A stretch of 64,000 nt of DNA from an uncultured bacterium (GTDB lineage: Bacteria; Actinomycetota; Acidimicrobiia; Spongiisociales; UBA5794): contig CAWDDT010000009.1 of assembly GCA_963801165.1 (NCBI GenBank), positions 527,501 through 591,500 on the forward strand, in the 5' to 3' direction. The position numbers and the translations under genes are program-made. Shown here piece by piece: positions 19,300 through 28,834 of this stretch; position 1 is the first letter of the stretch; the number at the start of each line of letters is the position of its first letter. The notes under the pieces were generated by a model. That model made no database searches and had not been told where the DNA came from. It saw only the letters and a program-made list of their open reading frames with translations.

Positions 19300-19656
19300 G
19301 TGACCCCCGAAGAGCTCCGTCGCAGGGCCCGCCAGAAACGATCTGACGCGGCCGATCTCGCAGCCGATGCAGATCGACTGCGTAGCCAGGCGGCGGCTCT
19401 CAGGGGGTTGCTCGATCCATTGCTGCCGATGTCCCGGCGAGTCTGGGTGGGACCGGCGGCACAAGATTTCGAGAGCGATGTCAGGCGGTATGGTGGCATG
19501 GTCGATGATCAGGCGAGCCGTCTCACCGCGATCGCAGGCGAATTCGATAGACGGGCGGCTGATGCGCGCCACACCGCAGCGACCCTCGATGCCCAGGCGA
19601 CGGCCGCAGAATTGGCCGTGGCGGGAACCGCGGTATCGGTGGGCGGGGTCGTCTGA
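19300..19656 (+). CDS. Second WXG100-like protein
   Basis: 118 aa, Ala-rich helical hairpin with central WVGPAAQDF. RBS GAGGAG. The stop overlaps the EccC start. Confidence 0.8.
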   Translation: MTPEELRRRARQKRSDAADLAADADRLRSQAAALRGLLDPLLPMSRRVWVGPAAQDFESDVRRYGGMVDDQASRLTAIAGEFDRRAADARHTAATLDAQATAAELAVAGTAVSVGGVV

Positions 19657-22600
19657 TGAACCTGGTCGTCCGCTGGCAGGGTGAGGAGTACGAGGTCTCC
19701 GTAGATATCGGTGACGAGTCGCTCCCGGTAGGCAAGATGCTCGGTGCCCTCCTAGACGTCGAGCCACCGTTGATCGCCGTTGACGGGCGGCCCCTTGATC
19801 CCACGACTCCCATTGCCGAGGCGAGCCTCGGCGACGGGACGGTGATCGACGCCTCCATAGAGGGCGATCCACGTCTGGTTGGTGTGCTTCTCGATGTTGG
19901 CGGATCCCGATCGTTTGTCGTTCGACAGCTCCGGGTGGGCACGCTCACCATCGGTGCTTTCCCCGCAGACGTTCCGGTAGACACACCAGGTAGGGTCGTC
20001 CTCCGTGCCGACTCCGGCGGCGCCGTGTTCGTCCGCAACATCGATGGTGCAGACGCCCGGCTGGGCGGGTCACCAGTCGAGCCGGCCGAGACTCGCGTCT
20101 CACCCGGCAGCGTTCTGAGCCTCGGGAGGCGGTCGTTTGCGGTTAGCGCCGAGGTTGAATGCCGGCAACGCCACGGTGTCTTCAACCGCCCACCGCGGCG
20201 AGTGGCAGGGTACCGGCCCGCACCTCTCCAGCCACCGCTGCAGCCCGCACAGCCGGCCAAGCCAATGCGCTTCGGATGGGGTGCGCTGATCGTGCCGGTG
20301 ATTCTCGGGCTCGGCATGGCGGTGCTCATCAGCCCACGAATGGCGGTCTTTGCGATCTTCTCCCCGGCGATGTTGCTCGCCAACTGGTTCGAAGATCGGC
20401 GCCGGGCACGCCGGGAGCGGCGTGAGACCGGTGAGGTCTTCAGGGACGCGCTGACGCGCTTCCGCAGCGATGTTTCGCACGCCCACCAGTTAGAGGTTCG
20501 GTACCGGCAGGACAGCGTCGCATCACCCGACGACCTGGAAATGCTGGCACGGCGCGCCGACTCCCGGCTCTGGGAGCGGCGTCACGGCCACGACGACTTC
20601 ATGGCCATTCCTCTTGGCAGCGGGTGTTTGGAGTGGCAGCCGCAATGGAGCGGTTCACCGGCGCAGGAGGCATCCGAGGTTTTCGCCGCGTTCTCCCAGC
20701 TACACGACGTGCCGGTGGTGGTCGACCTACGGGCGGGCGACGTCGTCGGGGTGGCCGGGGACCGCACCACCGCCCTCGGGGTCATGCGCCAACTGGTGCT
20801 CCAGGCTGCCGTGCACCACGGTCCCGCCGACCTGTCCATCAGTGTTTTTACCGAGAACGCCGCCGATTGGGATTGGGTCAAGTGGCTGCCACACGTCGAC
20901 GCCGGGGGGCGTCGCAGGCTGGCCGGGTCGCTCGGCGATATCGAAGACGTGCTGGAGATGCTGCCACCCGGCGAGGAGCCGGCGGACTTGCGTCACCTGT
21001 TGCTGATCGATCTCCCCGATCTGCTCACCGGGCCACAGGCACTGATCCGCGACGTTCTCAAGAATGGCAAGAAGCGGGGAGTCACGGCGGTCGCCGTCGC
21101 TCGGCGAACACTCGACCTGCCATCGCTGGCGACGACGATTGTCGCGCTCTCTCCCGGGCGTAGCCATGTGAGATTTCCCGACGGCAGCGAGGCTCCGGTG
21201 GCTCCGTGGACCATCAGCGCCAGGAGGGCGCGGCGTACCGGACGGGCTCTGGCCCGCATCGACGATCCCGAGACCGGAGGAGCCGGGGTGAACCTGCCCG
21301 CGGTGGCGCATCTCGGTGCCTTGCTCCGGCTCGGCGACGATCCCGAGGCGGTCATTGCCCGGCGCTGGCGGGCGTGCGGCAATTGCCCGGTAGCCCCCAT
21401 CGGGGTTTCGGCCGAGGGGCTGTTCAGCATCGACCCGGTCGCGGACGGTCCCCATGCACTGCTCGGCGGCACTACCGGCTCCGGCAAGTCCGAGCTGCTG
21501 CGCAGCCTGGTGGCATCGCTGGCAGCCTCGGCGAGCCCGACCGCACTCAACTTCGTGCTCGTCGACTACAAGGGTGGCAGCGCGTTCGATGCTTGTGCCG
21601 CCCTGCCGCACACCGTTGGTCTGGTGACCGACCTTGACGAGCATCTCGCCGGGCGGGCACTCGTATGTCTCGAGTCCGAGCTGAGATACCGGGAGGAGCG
21701 GCTGCGCAATGCCGGGGTTTCCGACATTTCCGATCTCGTCGCAGGCGAAACCGAGCCTCTGCCGCGACTGTTTGTGGTGATCGACGAGTTCGCCGCACTC
21801 GCCACAGAGCTCCCGGACTTCATGAATGCTCTGGTCGGCATCGCCCAGCGCGGGCGCAGCCTCGGTGTCCATTTGCTGCTCGCCACACAGCGACCGAACG
21901 GTGTCATCGACGACAAGATCAAGGCCAACACCAACCTCAGGATGGCGCTGCGAGTCCAGGACGCAGCAGACTCGGTCGACGTCATCGGAACCGCCGACGC
22001 CGCGGCAATTGCCAGAACCCAGCCAGGGAGGGCGCTGGCCCGGCTGGGCCCCGGTGACACCGTTGCGTTCCAGACTGCGCTGGTGACCGGCCACTCTATG
22101 GCACAACAGAGCGTCGCTGTGTCGGCCTGCCCGTTTGCGTTTGCGTGCGAGCCACCCACACCAGGGAACCGGGCTACGCCGGAAGACGAAGGTCCGAGCG
22201 ATCTGGAGCTGATCGTTGCCGCGGCGGATTCGGTTGCGCACAGGCTGCATCTGCCCGCCGCACGTCTCCCCTGGCCCGCCCCGCTCCCCGCCAACGTAAC
22301 CCTCGATGACATGCCGGGGATGGGTGTCGGAGGAGCGGTCTTCGCCATGGCGGACGAGCCACACCGGCAGCGACGGGTGGCTGCCGGGTGGTCGCCGGCG
22401 GCGGGCAACCTCCTGCTCTACGGTCTCCCCGGGAGTGGGACGACGACGGCGGTCGCCACGATTGCGGTGACGACCGCCCGGGCGAGCGATCCCAACCGGC
22501 TGCACATGTACGTTCTCGACTTCGATGACCAGCTGTTGCAGCCGCTGCGCGATCTACCGCAAGTCGGTGCCGTCATCGCGGGTAGCGATCGGGAACGCCA

Positions 22601-23714
22601 GCTCAGGTTGCTGCGTCGTCTCGGGGCCGAGCTCCAACACCGCAGGCAGACAATGGCGGACGGGATATCCGACCCCACGCAACATCCCACGATCGTCACT
22701 TTCCTGGACAACTTCGGAGGCTTCGCCGACAGCTACGGGGAGCCGGGGGACATGGCGGTTCACAACCTCCTCGCCCGGCTGATCGCCGATGGGCCGGGGG
22801 TGGGGATGATGACGATCATCACAGCCAAGCATCCTGGTGACGTTCCCACACGGATCGCGTCGACCGTGGGCAGCCGACTCGTGTTCCGCCTTGCCGATCG
22901 CTACGACTACAGCGGGCTCGGTGTTCCGCCCGTCGATCCGCCGAAGACACCGGGTCGGGCGTTCGAGTCCGGAAGCGGGCGCGAGGTTCAGGTGGCTCTG
23001 GCTCACCAGGACGGGCTGGGCGCGGCCATCGCTGCACATCCGCTGGCAGTGCCCGCCAACCCCCCGTGGCGTATCGACGTGCTCCCCAGCGAAGTCTCGA
23101 TCGCCACCTTCATCTCGCGGGGCCGGATTGCGTCGGACGAGTGGTATCTCCCACTCGGGATCGGGGACTCGTCGCTCGTGCCGGTCGGCCTCATGCTGAG
23201 AGACGGTGAGCATGCGCTGGTTGCCGGCCCGGCGCGCTCGGGAAAGACAACGGCGCTGGCCACGATCGCCGCCGTGGCCAAGGCCGCCGATCCGGGGCTG
23301 TATGTGGCCGCGATCACGCCCAGGCGCTCGACCCTCGGCGGCTGCCCGGCTGTTGACGCGGTCGTCGATCCGGGTGACCTTGCCACGTTTGCCAGGGCGT
23401 CGGTGCTGCTGCTTGTCGACGATGCCGAACTCGTGGACAACGGGGAGGGTCTCAGCAGGATCATCACCGAGCGCGACCCGTCAATCCGTATCGTCGCCGC
23501 CGGCAACGCCGACGCACTCCGCACCCGGTACGGTCACTGGACCCAGGAGCTGAGGCGGTCCCGCATCGGATGTGCGCTACGACCGAACCCGCTGGCCGAC
23601 GGCGATCTGTGGCAGACCCAGTTGCCCAGAGGAGATCAGCAGTCCTTCCCCGTTGGGCGCGGCTACCTGGTGTCGGACGGGCGGGTAGAGCTGGTGCAGC
23701 TCGGAAGAGATTGA
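19656..23714 (+). CDS. Type VII secretion ATPase of EccC/EssC type (ubiquitin-like + FHA-like + 2 TM + three FtsK/SpoIIIE domains)
   Basis: FNRPPR, TM pair, LWERR..DF. ATPase 1: DGPHALLGGTTGSGKSELL, VDYKGG, VIDEF, GRSLGVHLLLATQRP. ATPase 2: GLPGSGTT. ATPase 3: GPARSGKT. Confidence 0.92.
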   Translation: MNLVVRWQGEEYEVSVDIGDESLPVGKMLGALLDVEPPLIAVDGRPLDPTTPIAEASLGDGTVIDASIEGDPRLVGVLLDVGGSRSFVVRQLRVGTLTIGAFPADVPVDTPGRVVLRADSGGAVFVRNIDGADARLGGSPVEPAETRVSPGSVLSLGRRSFAVSAEVECRQRHGVFNRPPRRVAGYRPAPLQPPLQPAQPAKPMRFGWGALIVPVILGLGMAVLISPRMAVFAIFSPAMLLANWFEDRRRARRERRETGEVFRDALTRFRSDVSHAHQLEVRYRQDSVASPDDLEMLARRADSRLWERRHGHDDFMAIPLGSGCLEWQPQWSGSPAQEASEVFAAFSQLHDVPVVVDLRAGDVVGVAGDRTTALGVMRQLVLQAAVHHGPADLSISVFTENAADWDWVKWLPHVDAGGRRRLAGSLGDIEDVLEMLPPGEEPADLRHLLLIDLPDLLTGPQALIRDVLKNGKKRGVTAVAVARRTLDLPSLATTIVALSPGRSHVRFPDGSEAPVAPWTISARRARRTGRALARIDDPETGGAGVNLPAVAHLGALLRLGDDPEAVIARRWRACGNCPVAPIGVSAEGLFSIDPVADGPHALLGGTTGSGKSELLRSLVASLAASASPTALNFVLVDYKGGSAFDACAALPHTVGLVTDLDEHLAGRALVCLESELRYREERLRNAGVSDISDLVAGETEPLPRLFVVIDEFAALATELPDFMNALVGIAQRGRSLGVHLLLATQRPNGVIDDKIKANTNLRMALRVQDAADSVDVIGTADAAAIARTQPGRALARLGPGDTVAFQTALVTGHSMAQQSVAVSACPFAFACEPPTPGNRATPEDEGPSDLELIVAAADSVAHRLHLPAARLPWPAPLPANVTLDDMPGMGVGGAVFAMADEPHRQRRVAAGWSPAAGNLLLYGLPGSGTTTAVATIAVTTARASDPNRLHMYVLDFDDQLLQPLRDLPQVGAVIAGSDRERQLRLLRRLGAELQHRRQTMADGISDPTQHPTIVTFLDNFGGFADSYGEPGDMAVHNLLARLIADGPGVGMMTIITAKHPGDVPTRIASTVGSRLVFRLADRYDYSGLGVPPVDPPKTPGRAFESGSGREVQVALAHQDGLGAAIAAHPLAVPANPPWRIDVLPSEVSIATFISRGRIASDEWYLPLGIGDSSLVPVGLMLRDGEHALVAGPARSGKTTALATIAAVAKAADPGLYVAAITPRRSTLGGCPAVDAVVDPGDLATFARASVLLLVDDAELVDNGEGLSRIITERDPSIRIVAAGNADALRTRYGHWTQELRRSRIGCALRPNPLADGDLWQTQLPRGDQQSFPVGRGYLVSDGRVELVQLGRD

Positions 23715-23716
23715 TC

Positions 23717-25123
23717 GTGTCCATCACCAACGCCATCGATCCCGATGGGCTCGTTGCCCTCGCCGACATTGCCGACCGATGCGCAGAGCAGATCGCCGTA
23801 CTCAGGAGAGGCACGACCGCCGTGCTGAGGCGGCATGCCGTCGCCGATGAGAGGGCCGTCGACTACCGGCTGGCGTCCGTGGGGACGAAGCTGGCGGTAC
23901 GCACGAACGAGCTGAGATTGCGCGCCGCGGTCATGGAGCGGACCCAGCAGATCTCCTTGTGCAGCCTCGACCTGTTCACGGACCACGGCCTTGGCCGGTT
24001 CGCCGCAACCGCCGTCTTCGACCCCGAGACGTGGCGCGGCGACTATGAGAAGTGGCGTCTCGCTCAGGTCGTTGGCGACCTGGGGGTGATGGATCCCCGG
24101 CGCCGGGCCAGGGCGTTTGCCACGATGACGGTGTCTGAGATGGCCGATCTGGTTCTGTCCTACCCGGAGGAGATCGGGGCGATGGACGGCGCGCCTGCGG
24201 CCCTTCGCTATACAGCGAACTGGAGACTGATCCGCAACGAGATCGAGCAACTCGAGGTGCTGGAATCCGAGCTGGCTTCCAATCGTTCACCGATCCGGGA
24301 CATGATGCTCGATCTAGTAGAGCAGAGGCGCAGCGAGTACCGGCGCTGGCTGGTCGAGAATCGGCAGATCCTGCTTTTTGACCCCTCCGGCGATGGGCGT
24401 GTGGTCGAGGTGTTTGGGGATCTCGCCGATGCCACCAGGGTTGCCGTGGTCGTGCCGGGGATGGCCAACAGCATCGACAACTTCAGCGATGGCGACGGCG
24501 GCTTTCGGCACAACGCCGCCGATCTCTATGCGGCATCCGAAAACCCGGAGATTGCCACCATCGCGTGGCTCGGGTACGACAGCCCGGACAACGTCGGCGC
24601 TATGTCACGGTCGGCGGCCGACCAGGGCGCTCCCGCACTGCAGAGTTTTCTGCAGGGCATAGACCCGGGGGATGATCGTGCGATCACGGTGATAGCCCAC
24701 AGCTACGGCTCGGTGCTCGCGGGGACCGCTGCTCGTACCGGGCTCGAGGCCAATGACCTGGTCTTCGTCGGCAGCCCGGGCACCACGCTGGACACCGCAG
24801 GCGACGCAGTGCTGCGCTCCGATGGTCGGGTATGGGTGGGGCTGGCCGACGGCGATCCGATCACGCTCGGCATCAACCCGAGAGAGCTGCCTCCCTGGTG
24901 GCTGCCGCCTCCGCTCTGGACCACCTGGATGGCGTTTGACATGTGGCACGGCGGCCCGGAGGAGCTCTGGTATGGAACCAATCCTGCCAGCGACGAGTTT
25001 GGTGCCGTACGGTTCGCCACCGACGGGTCGAACGGGCACTCGGAGTACTTCCGGGCCGAGGCTCTGGACAACCTCGCCATGATCGTCGAGGGCCGCTACG
25101 GCGACGTGGAGCTGGGGGGATGA
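23717..25123 (+). CDS. Alpha/beta hydrolase (DUF1023/Abhydrolase_8-like lipase) with helical N-terminal domain, putative T7SS effector
   Basis: VVVPG, IAWLGYDSP, AHSYGS, FVGSPG, DGDPI, GHSEYF. No signal peptide. Directly follows eccC (start is TTG 23711 or GTG 23717). Confidence 0.8.
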   Translation: MSITNAIDPDGLVALADIADRCAEQIAVLRRGTTAVLRRHAVADERAVDYRLASVGTKLAVRTNELRLRAAVMERTQQISLCSLDLFTDHGLGRFAATAVFDPETWRGDYEKWRLAQVVGDLGVMDPRRRARAFATMTVSEMADLVLSYPEEIGAMDGAPAALRYTANWRLIRNEIEQLEVLESELASNRSPIRDMMLDLVEQRRSEYRRWLVENRQILLFDPSGDGRVVEVFGDLADATRVAVVVPGMANSIDNFSDGDGGFRHNAADLYAASENPEIATIAWLGYDSPDNVGAMSRSAADQGAPALQSFLQGIDPGDDRAITVIAHSYGSVLAGTAARTGLEANDLVFVGSPGTTLDTAGDAVLRSDGRVWVGLADGDPITLGINPRELPPWWLPPPLWTTWMAFDMWHGGPEELWYGTNPASDEFGAVRFATDGSNGHSEYFRAEALDNLAMIVEGRYGDVELGG

Positions 25124-25207
25124 GCGCCGGGCTAGCCTCACGGCGATGAACGACGAACTTCCCGTTATGGAATTCGCCGACGCCCGCGAGCGGTCTCGAC
25201 CGCGGCG

Positions 25208-25840
25208 CTAGATCAGATCGCGGTCCTGCGCCCAGCGGGTCAGCTCGCGCCGGTTCGACAGCTGGAGCTTGCGCAACACGGCCGACATGTGGTTCTCGAC
25301 GGTCTTGGCGGAGATGAAGAGCTGCTCTCCTACTTCGCGATATGTGTAGCCGCGGGCGATGTGCTGCAGTACCTCGCGCTCCCGCTTGGTCAACTTGTCG
25401 AGCTCCGGGTCGAGACCTTTGACGTCCATCGTGGCGAACGCATCGAGGACGAATCCAGCCAGTTTGGGGGAGAAGACGGCATCGCCGTCGACGACCCGAC
25501 GGATCGCTTCGGCGAGATCGGCGGGAGACACCGTCTTGGTGACATAGCCGCGGGCCCCCGCACGCACCGTGGCCACGACATCTTCCGGAGCATCGGACGC
25601 GGAGATAGCGAGAAATGGGATGTCGGGGTGAGTGGCGTGGACCCCCTCGATTACCGCCCGGCCGCCTCCGTCTGGCATGTGCACGTCGACCAGAACCAGA
25701 TCGGGGCGGCGCTCCCGAATCATCTCGACGGCAGCCTCGACGTTGGAGGCATCACCCACGATCTCCAGGTCGTCCGGTAGCTCGGCTTTGACACCGGCGC
25801 GGAACAGGTCGTGATCATCGACGACGAAGACGCGGGTCAT
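25208..25840 (-). CDS. NarL/LuxR family response regulator
   Basis: VVDDH, LVDVHMP, GYVTK, LTKREREVL, TVENH. Confidence 0.93.
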   Translation of the reverse strand: MTRVFVVDDHDLFRAGVKAELPDDLEIVGDASNVEAAVEMIRERRPDLVLVDVHMPDGGGRAVIEGVHATHPDIPFLAISASDAPEDVVATVRAGARGYVTKTVSPADLAEAIRRVVDGDAVFSPKLAGFVLDAFATMDVKGLDPELDKLTKREREVLQHIARGYTYREVGEQLFISAKTVENHMSAVLRKLQLSNRRELTRWAQDRDLI

Positions 25841-26964
25841 GGTCTCTCCACCGGTAGCCGGAGCCGGACCTCGGTGCCTTTGCCCGGGCCTGAGACTATC
25901 TCTGCTGTGCCGCCGTGACGTTCCATACGGTTGACGATAGATTCCCGGATTCCGCGACGTGACTCCGGGATCGCTGCCGGGTCGAATCCGGAGCCGCGGT
26001 CCTTGACGAACACGAGCACCTCCCCTTCGTTGGCCTCACCGTAGACGGAGATCGTGTCGACGCCTGCGTGCTTGCTTGCGTTGAGCACCGCCTCGCGGGC
26101 GGCTCGCACGATCGGGTCGAACTCACCGGTGCTGTCACCGACCACTACCACCTCCACGCTGGCATCCCCCCAATCTTCGATCTCGGAACATACTGCGGTC
26201 AGTGCGTCGCGGAAGCCGGGGCTGCCGTTTCCGTTGCCACGAGTTTCGGGGAACAGCCATCCCCGCAGCTCACGCTCCTGGTGGCGAGCCAATCCGCGGA
26301 TATCGGTGGTGGCGGCCGGGTCGCGCTGGATGAGGGCGAGTGTCTGCAGCACCGAATCGTGGAGATGCGCCGCCATCTCAGCGTGCTCTTCGGCCCGGAT
26401 GCGCTCGGTTCGTTCTTTCGCCAGAGCCGTCTCGGCGGCTGCTCGGCGCCGGTCGGCTGTGCGCAGTGCGGCTGCCACCCCCGCGGCCGCACCTACTGAG
26501 AACAGGTGGGCGATCGCGTTGGCAAAGTCCTGGGGATCCAGCCCACCGTCCCACGCCCGACCCAGCCCGGCACCCGTCAAGACCACGGCACCAACGGCGC
26601 CACCGGTCCAGCCGTAGGCGTAGATCGCCGAGAACGCCCCCACCAGCGGGTAGCCGCCGCCGAACTGGATGCTTCCCGCAAAATCACCGGCGACCACTGC
26701 CCAACACGAGATGGCGAGGTCGAGGGCTACGAACCACCACGTCGAGAGGAGTCGCGGGCGAGTCAGCCTCGCCAGGACGCTCGCAGCCGCCCACAGGAGA
26801 ACGAGTGCGATCGTGGCCATGACCACTCCGGGCCGATCGACCGGGGTCTTGGCGCTGCCGACGGTCACGCCACCGAGAATCGAGAGCCACATGGCGGCGA
26901 AGACACGGTAACCGGTGACGATCCACAGCAGCGTCTGCTCCAAAGCGGCGGGGCGTTGCTCCAT
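25837..26964 (-). CDS. Membrane sensor histidine kinase (HisKA_3 type)
   Basis: Multiple TM helices, AAHLHDSVLQTLALIQR, NASKHAG, DRGSGFD, GKGTEV. Confidence 0.9.
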   Translation of the reverse strand: MEQRPAALEQTLLWIVTGYRVFAAMWLSILGGVTVGSAKTPVDRPGVVMATIALVLLWAAASVLARLTRPRLLSTWWFVALDLAISCWAVVAGDFAGSIQFGGGYPLVGAFSAIYAYGWTGGAVGAVVLTGAGLGRAWDGGLDPQDFANAIAHLFSVGAAAGVAAALRTADRRRAAAETALAKERTERIRAEEHAEMAAHLHDSVLQTLALIQRDPAATTDIRGLARHQERELRGWLFPETRGNGNGSPGFRDALTAVCSEIEDWGDASVEVVVVGDSTGEFDPIVRAAREAVLNASKHAGVDTISVYGEANEGEVLVFVKDRGSGFDPAAIPESRRGIRESIVNRMERHGGTAEIVSGPGKGTEVRLRLPVERP

Positions 26965-27047
26965 GGGTGGAGCGTACCTCGGTCCGATGAACCCGGTTCG
27001 AACCCGGTGACAGGACACCCGTGTCTCGAGCACGTATCATTCGCCGT

Positions 27048-27875
27048 ATGACTCACCCAAGCGTGGCCATTCTGGGAGCCGGATCGATGGGGGAGATCCT
27101 CGCAGAAGGTCTCCTCAGGGCCGGTTGGGAGCTGGACAATCTGATCCTCCTGGTGCGGCGCGACGAACGCGCCCGCGAGGCGGAACGCCGCACGGGGATC
27201 CGGGCGACTCTCGACGCAGACGAGGCCGTTGCCGGTCGAGACGTCCTCGTCGTGGCCGTCAAGCCCAAGGATGTAGAAGGTCTGCTTGCTCAGATCAAGT
27301 CGAGTGTAAAACCGGGCCAGATCATCGTTTCTCTCGCCGCCGGCGTTCCCGTCGCCGTGTACGAGAACGCCATTCCGGACGTTGCCGTTGTCCGTTCCAT
27401 GCCCAACACCCCTGCCGCTGTCGACGAGGGGATGACCGCATACTGTGGCGGCACCCATGCGGGGGAGGAGGCCCTCATTCTGGCGGACATGGTGCTTGCG
27501 GCCGTGGGGGAGACCATCCGACTGTCCGAGGACCTGCTCGACGCGGTCACCGCAGTGTCGGGCACGGGTCCCGCCTATGTGTTCCTGCTGGCGGAGGCCC
27601 TGATCGAGGCTGCCATCCGCGAGGGTCTGCCGCATCATGCGGCCGAAAAGCTCGTCGTGCAGACACTGCGTGGGGCGGGAGCGCTGCTCTCGGTCTCCGA
27701 GAAGAGCGCGTTCCGGCTGCGGGCCGATGTCACGTCTCCGGGAGGGACGACGGCCGCAGCCATGCATGAGCTCGAAGACGGCGGATTCCGGGCCTTGCTG
27801 GAACGCGCGGTACAGGCGGCTGCGCAGCGGTCGCGGGAGCTCGGTGACGCCGCCCTGGAGAGATCGTCGCCGTGA
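27048..27875 (+). CDS. proC: Pyrroline-5-carboxylate reductase
   Basis: GAGSMG, AVKP, SLAAG, RSMPNTP, AVSGTGPAY, VTSPGGTT. Confidence 0.95.
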   Translation: MTHPSVAILGAGSMGEILAEGLLRAGWELDNLILLVRRDERAREAERRTGIRATLDADEAVAGRDVLVVAVKPKDVEGLLAQIKSSVKPGQIIVSLAAGVPVAVYENAIPDVAVVRSMPNTPAAVDEGMTAYCGGTHAGEEALILADMVLAAVGETIRLSEDLLDAVTAVSGTGPAYVFLLAEALIEAAIREGLPHHAAEKLVVQTLRGAGALLSVSEKSAFRLRADVTSPGGTTAAAMHELEDGGFRALLERAVQAAAQRSRELGDAALERSSP

Positions 27876-28786
27876 ACCCCGTCGGTCGTAGCCTGCTCGC
27901 AGTCACAAACACGGGTCTGGTCCGGCGCATGATCACTACAACCCGGCCCGGCCGGGCGCTGTCGACACGGTTCGTAGCCGGCGAAACGTTGCCAGACGCG
28001 GTGGCAGCGGCGAAGGCGCTGAATAGCAGGGGCGCCTCGGTGTCTCTCGATCATCTCGGCGAGCACGTCACCGACCTGGTGCAGGCCGAGCGTGCCCGTG
28101 ATGACTACCTGGCATGTCTCGATGCCATCGGCGAGCACGGCATCGACGGCAACATCTCGGTCAAGTTGTCCCAGCTCGGCATGGGGCTCGACGACGATCT
28201 GGCGACGGCATCGCTTGGCAGTCTGGCGGTTCGGGCGGCTGCAGTCGGTACCACCGTTTCGGTGGACATGGAGGAGAGCGCGGTTACAGGGCTCACCATC
28301 GACATCTATGCCGCCGTCCAGAGACAGCACGGAAACCTGGGCCTTGCCTTGCAGGCGTATCTGCGGCGGACGCCACAGGATCTAGATCGGGTCATGCCGC
28401 TCGGTGGCCATATCAGGCTGTGCAAGGGTGCCTACGCCGAGCCTGAGGATGTGGCATATCAATCTCGGGCCGAGGTGGATGCGGCCTTCGATCGGCTGGC
28501 GCACATCGTGATGGGCGACGACAAGGTGAAACCCGCAATAGCGTCGCACGACACTGCCCGGCTCGATGTGGCTGCGTCACTCGCCACGCAACGCACCGGG
28601 CTTTATGAATACCAGATGCTGTACGGCGTTCGTCCGGGTCTGCAGGACACGATGCTCGCAGCGGGTGATCCGCTCCGCATTTACGTCCCGTATGGCAAAG
28701 CCTGGTATCCCTACCTCACGAGGCGGATGGCGGAACGCCCGGCCAACATGATGTTCTTCGCCAGAGCACTGGTGTCCCGCAACTGA
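27872..28786 (+). CDS. Monofunctional proline dehydrogenase
   Basis: RFVAGE, DHLGE, SVKLSQLG, DMEE, QAYLRR, RLCKGAY, YQMLYG, YVPYG..WYPY..RRMAERPAN. Confidence 0.93.
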   Translation: MNPVGRSLLAVTNTGLVRRMITTTRPGRALSTRFVAGETLPDAVAAAKALNSRGASVSLDHLGEHVTDLVQAERARDDYLACLDAIGEHGIDGNISVKLSQLGMGLDDDLATASLGSLAVRAAAVGTTVSVDMEESAVTGLTIDIYAAVQRQHGNLGLALQAYLRRTPQDLDRVMPLGGHIRLCKGAYAEPEDVAYQSRAEVDAAFDRLAHIVMGDDKVKPAIASHDTARLDVAASLATQRTGLYEYQMLYGVRPGLQDTMLAAGDPLRIYVPYGKAWYPYLTRRMAERPANMMFFARALVSRN

Positions 28787-28834
28787 GCCGTAGGGACGAG
28801 TGACCCGGTTCGGCACCGCATGTACGATGGGCCC

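Noticed and set aside
20727-22505. Long antisense ORFs (also 7741-9390, 31984-33297, 46053-47393, 47953-49197 and 58630-60696)
   Set aside because: These are shadow frames expected from high-GC codon bias opposite well-supported genes, and they show no recognisable motifs.
16453-25123. An ICE or AICE, based on the FtsK and TcpC genes
   Set aside because: The FtsK protein has the three-domain EccC layout next to WXG100 genes. I saw no integrase, relaxase, Rep or att repeats.
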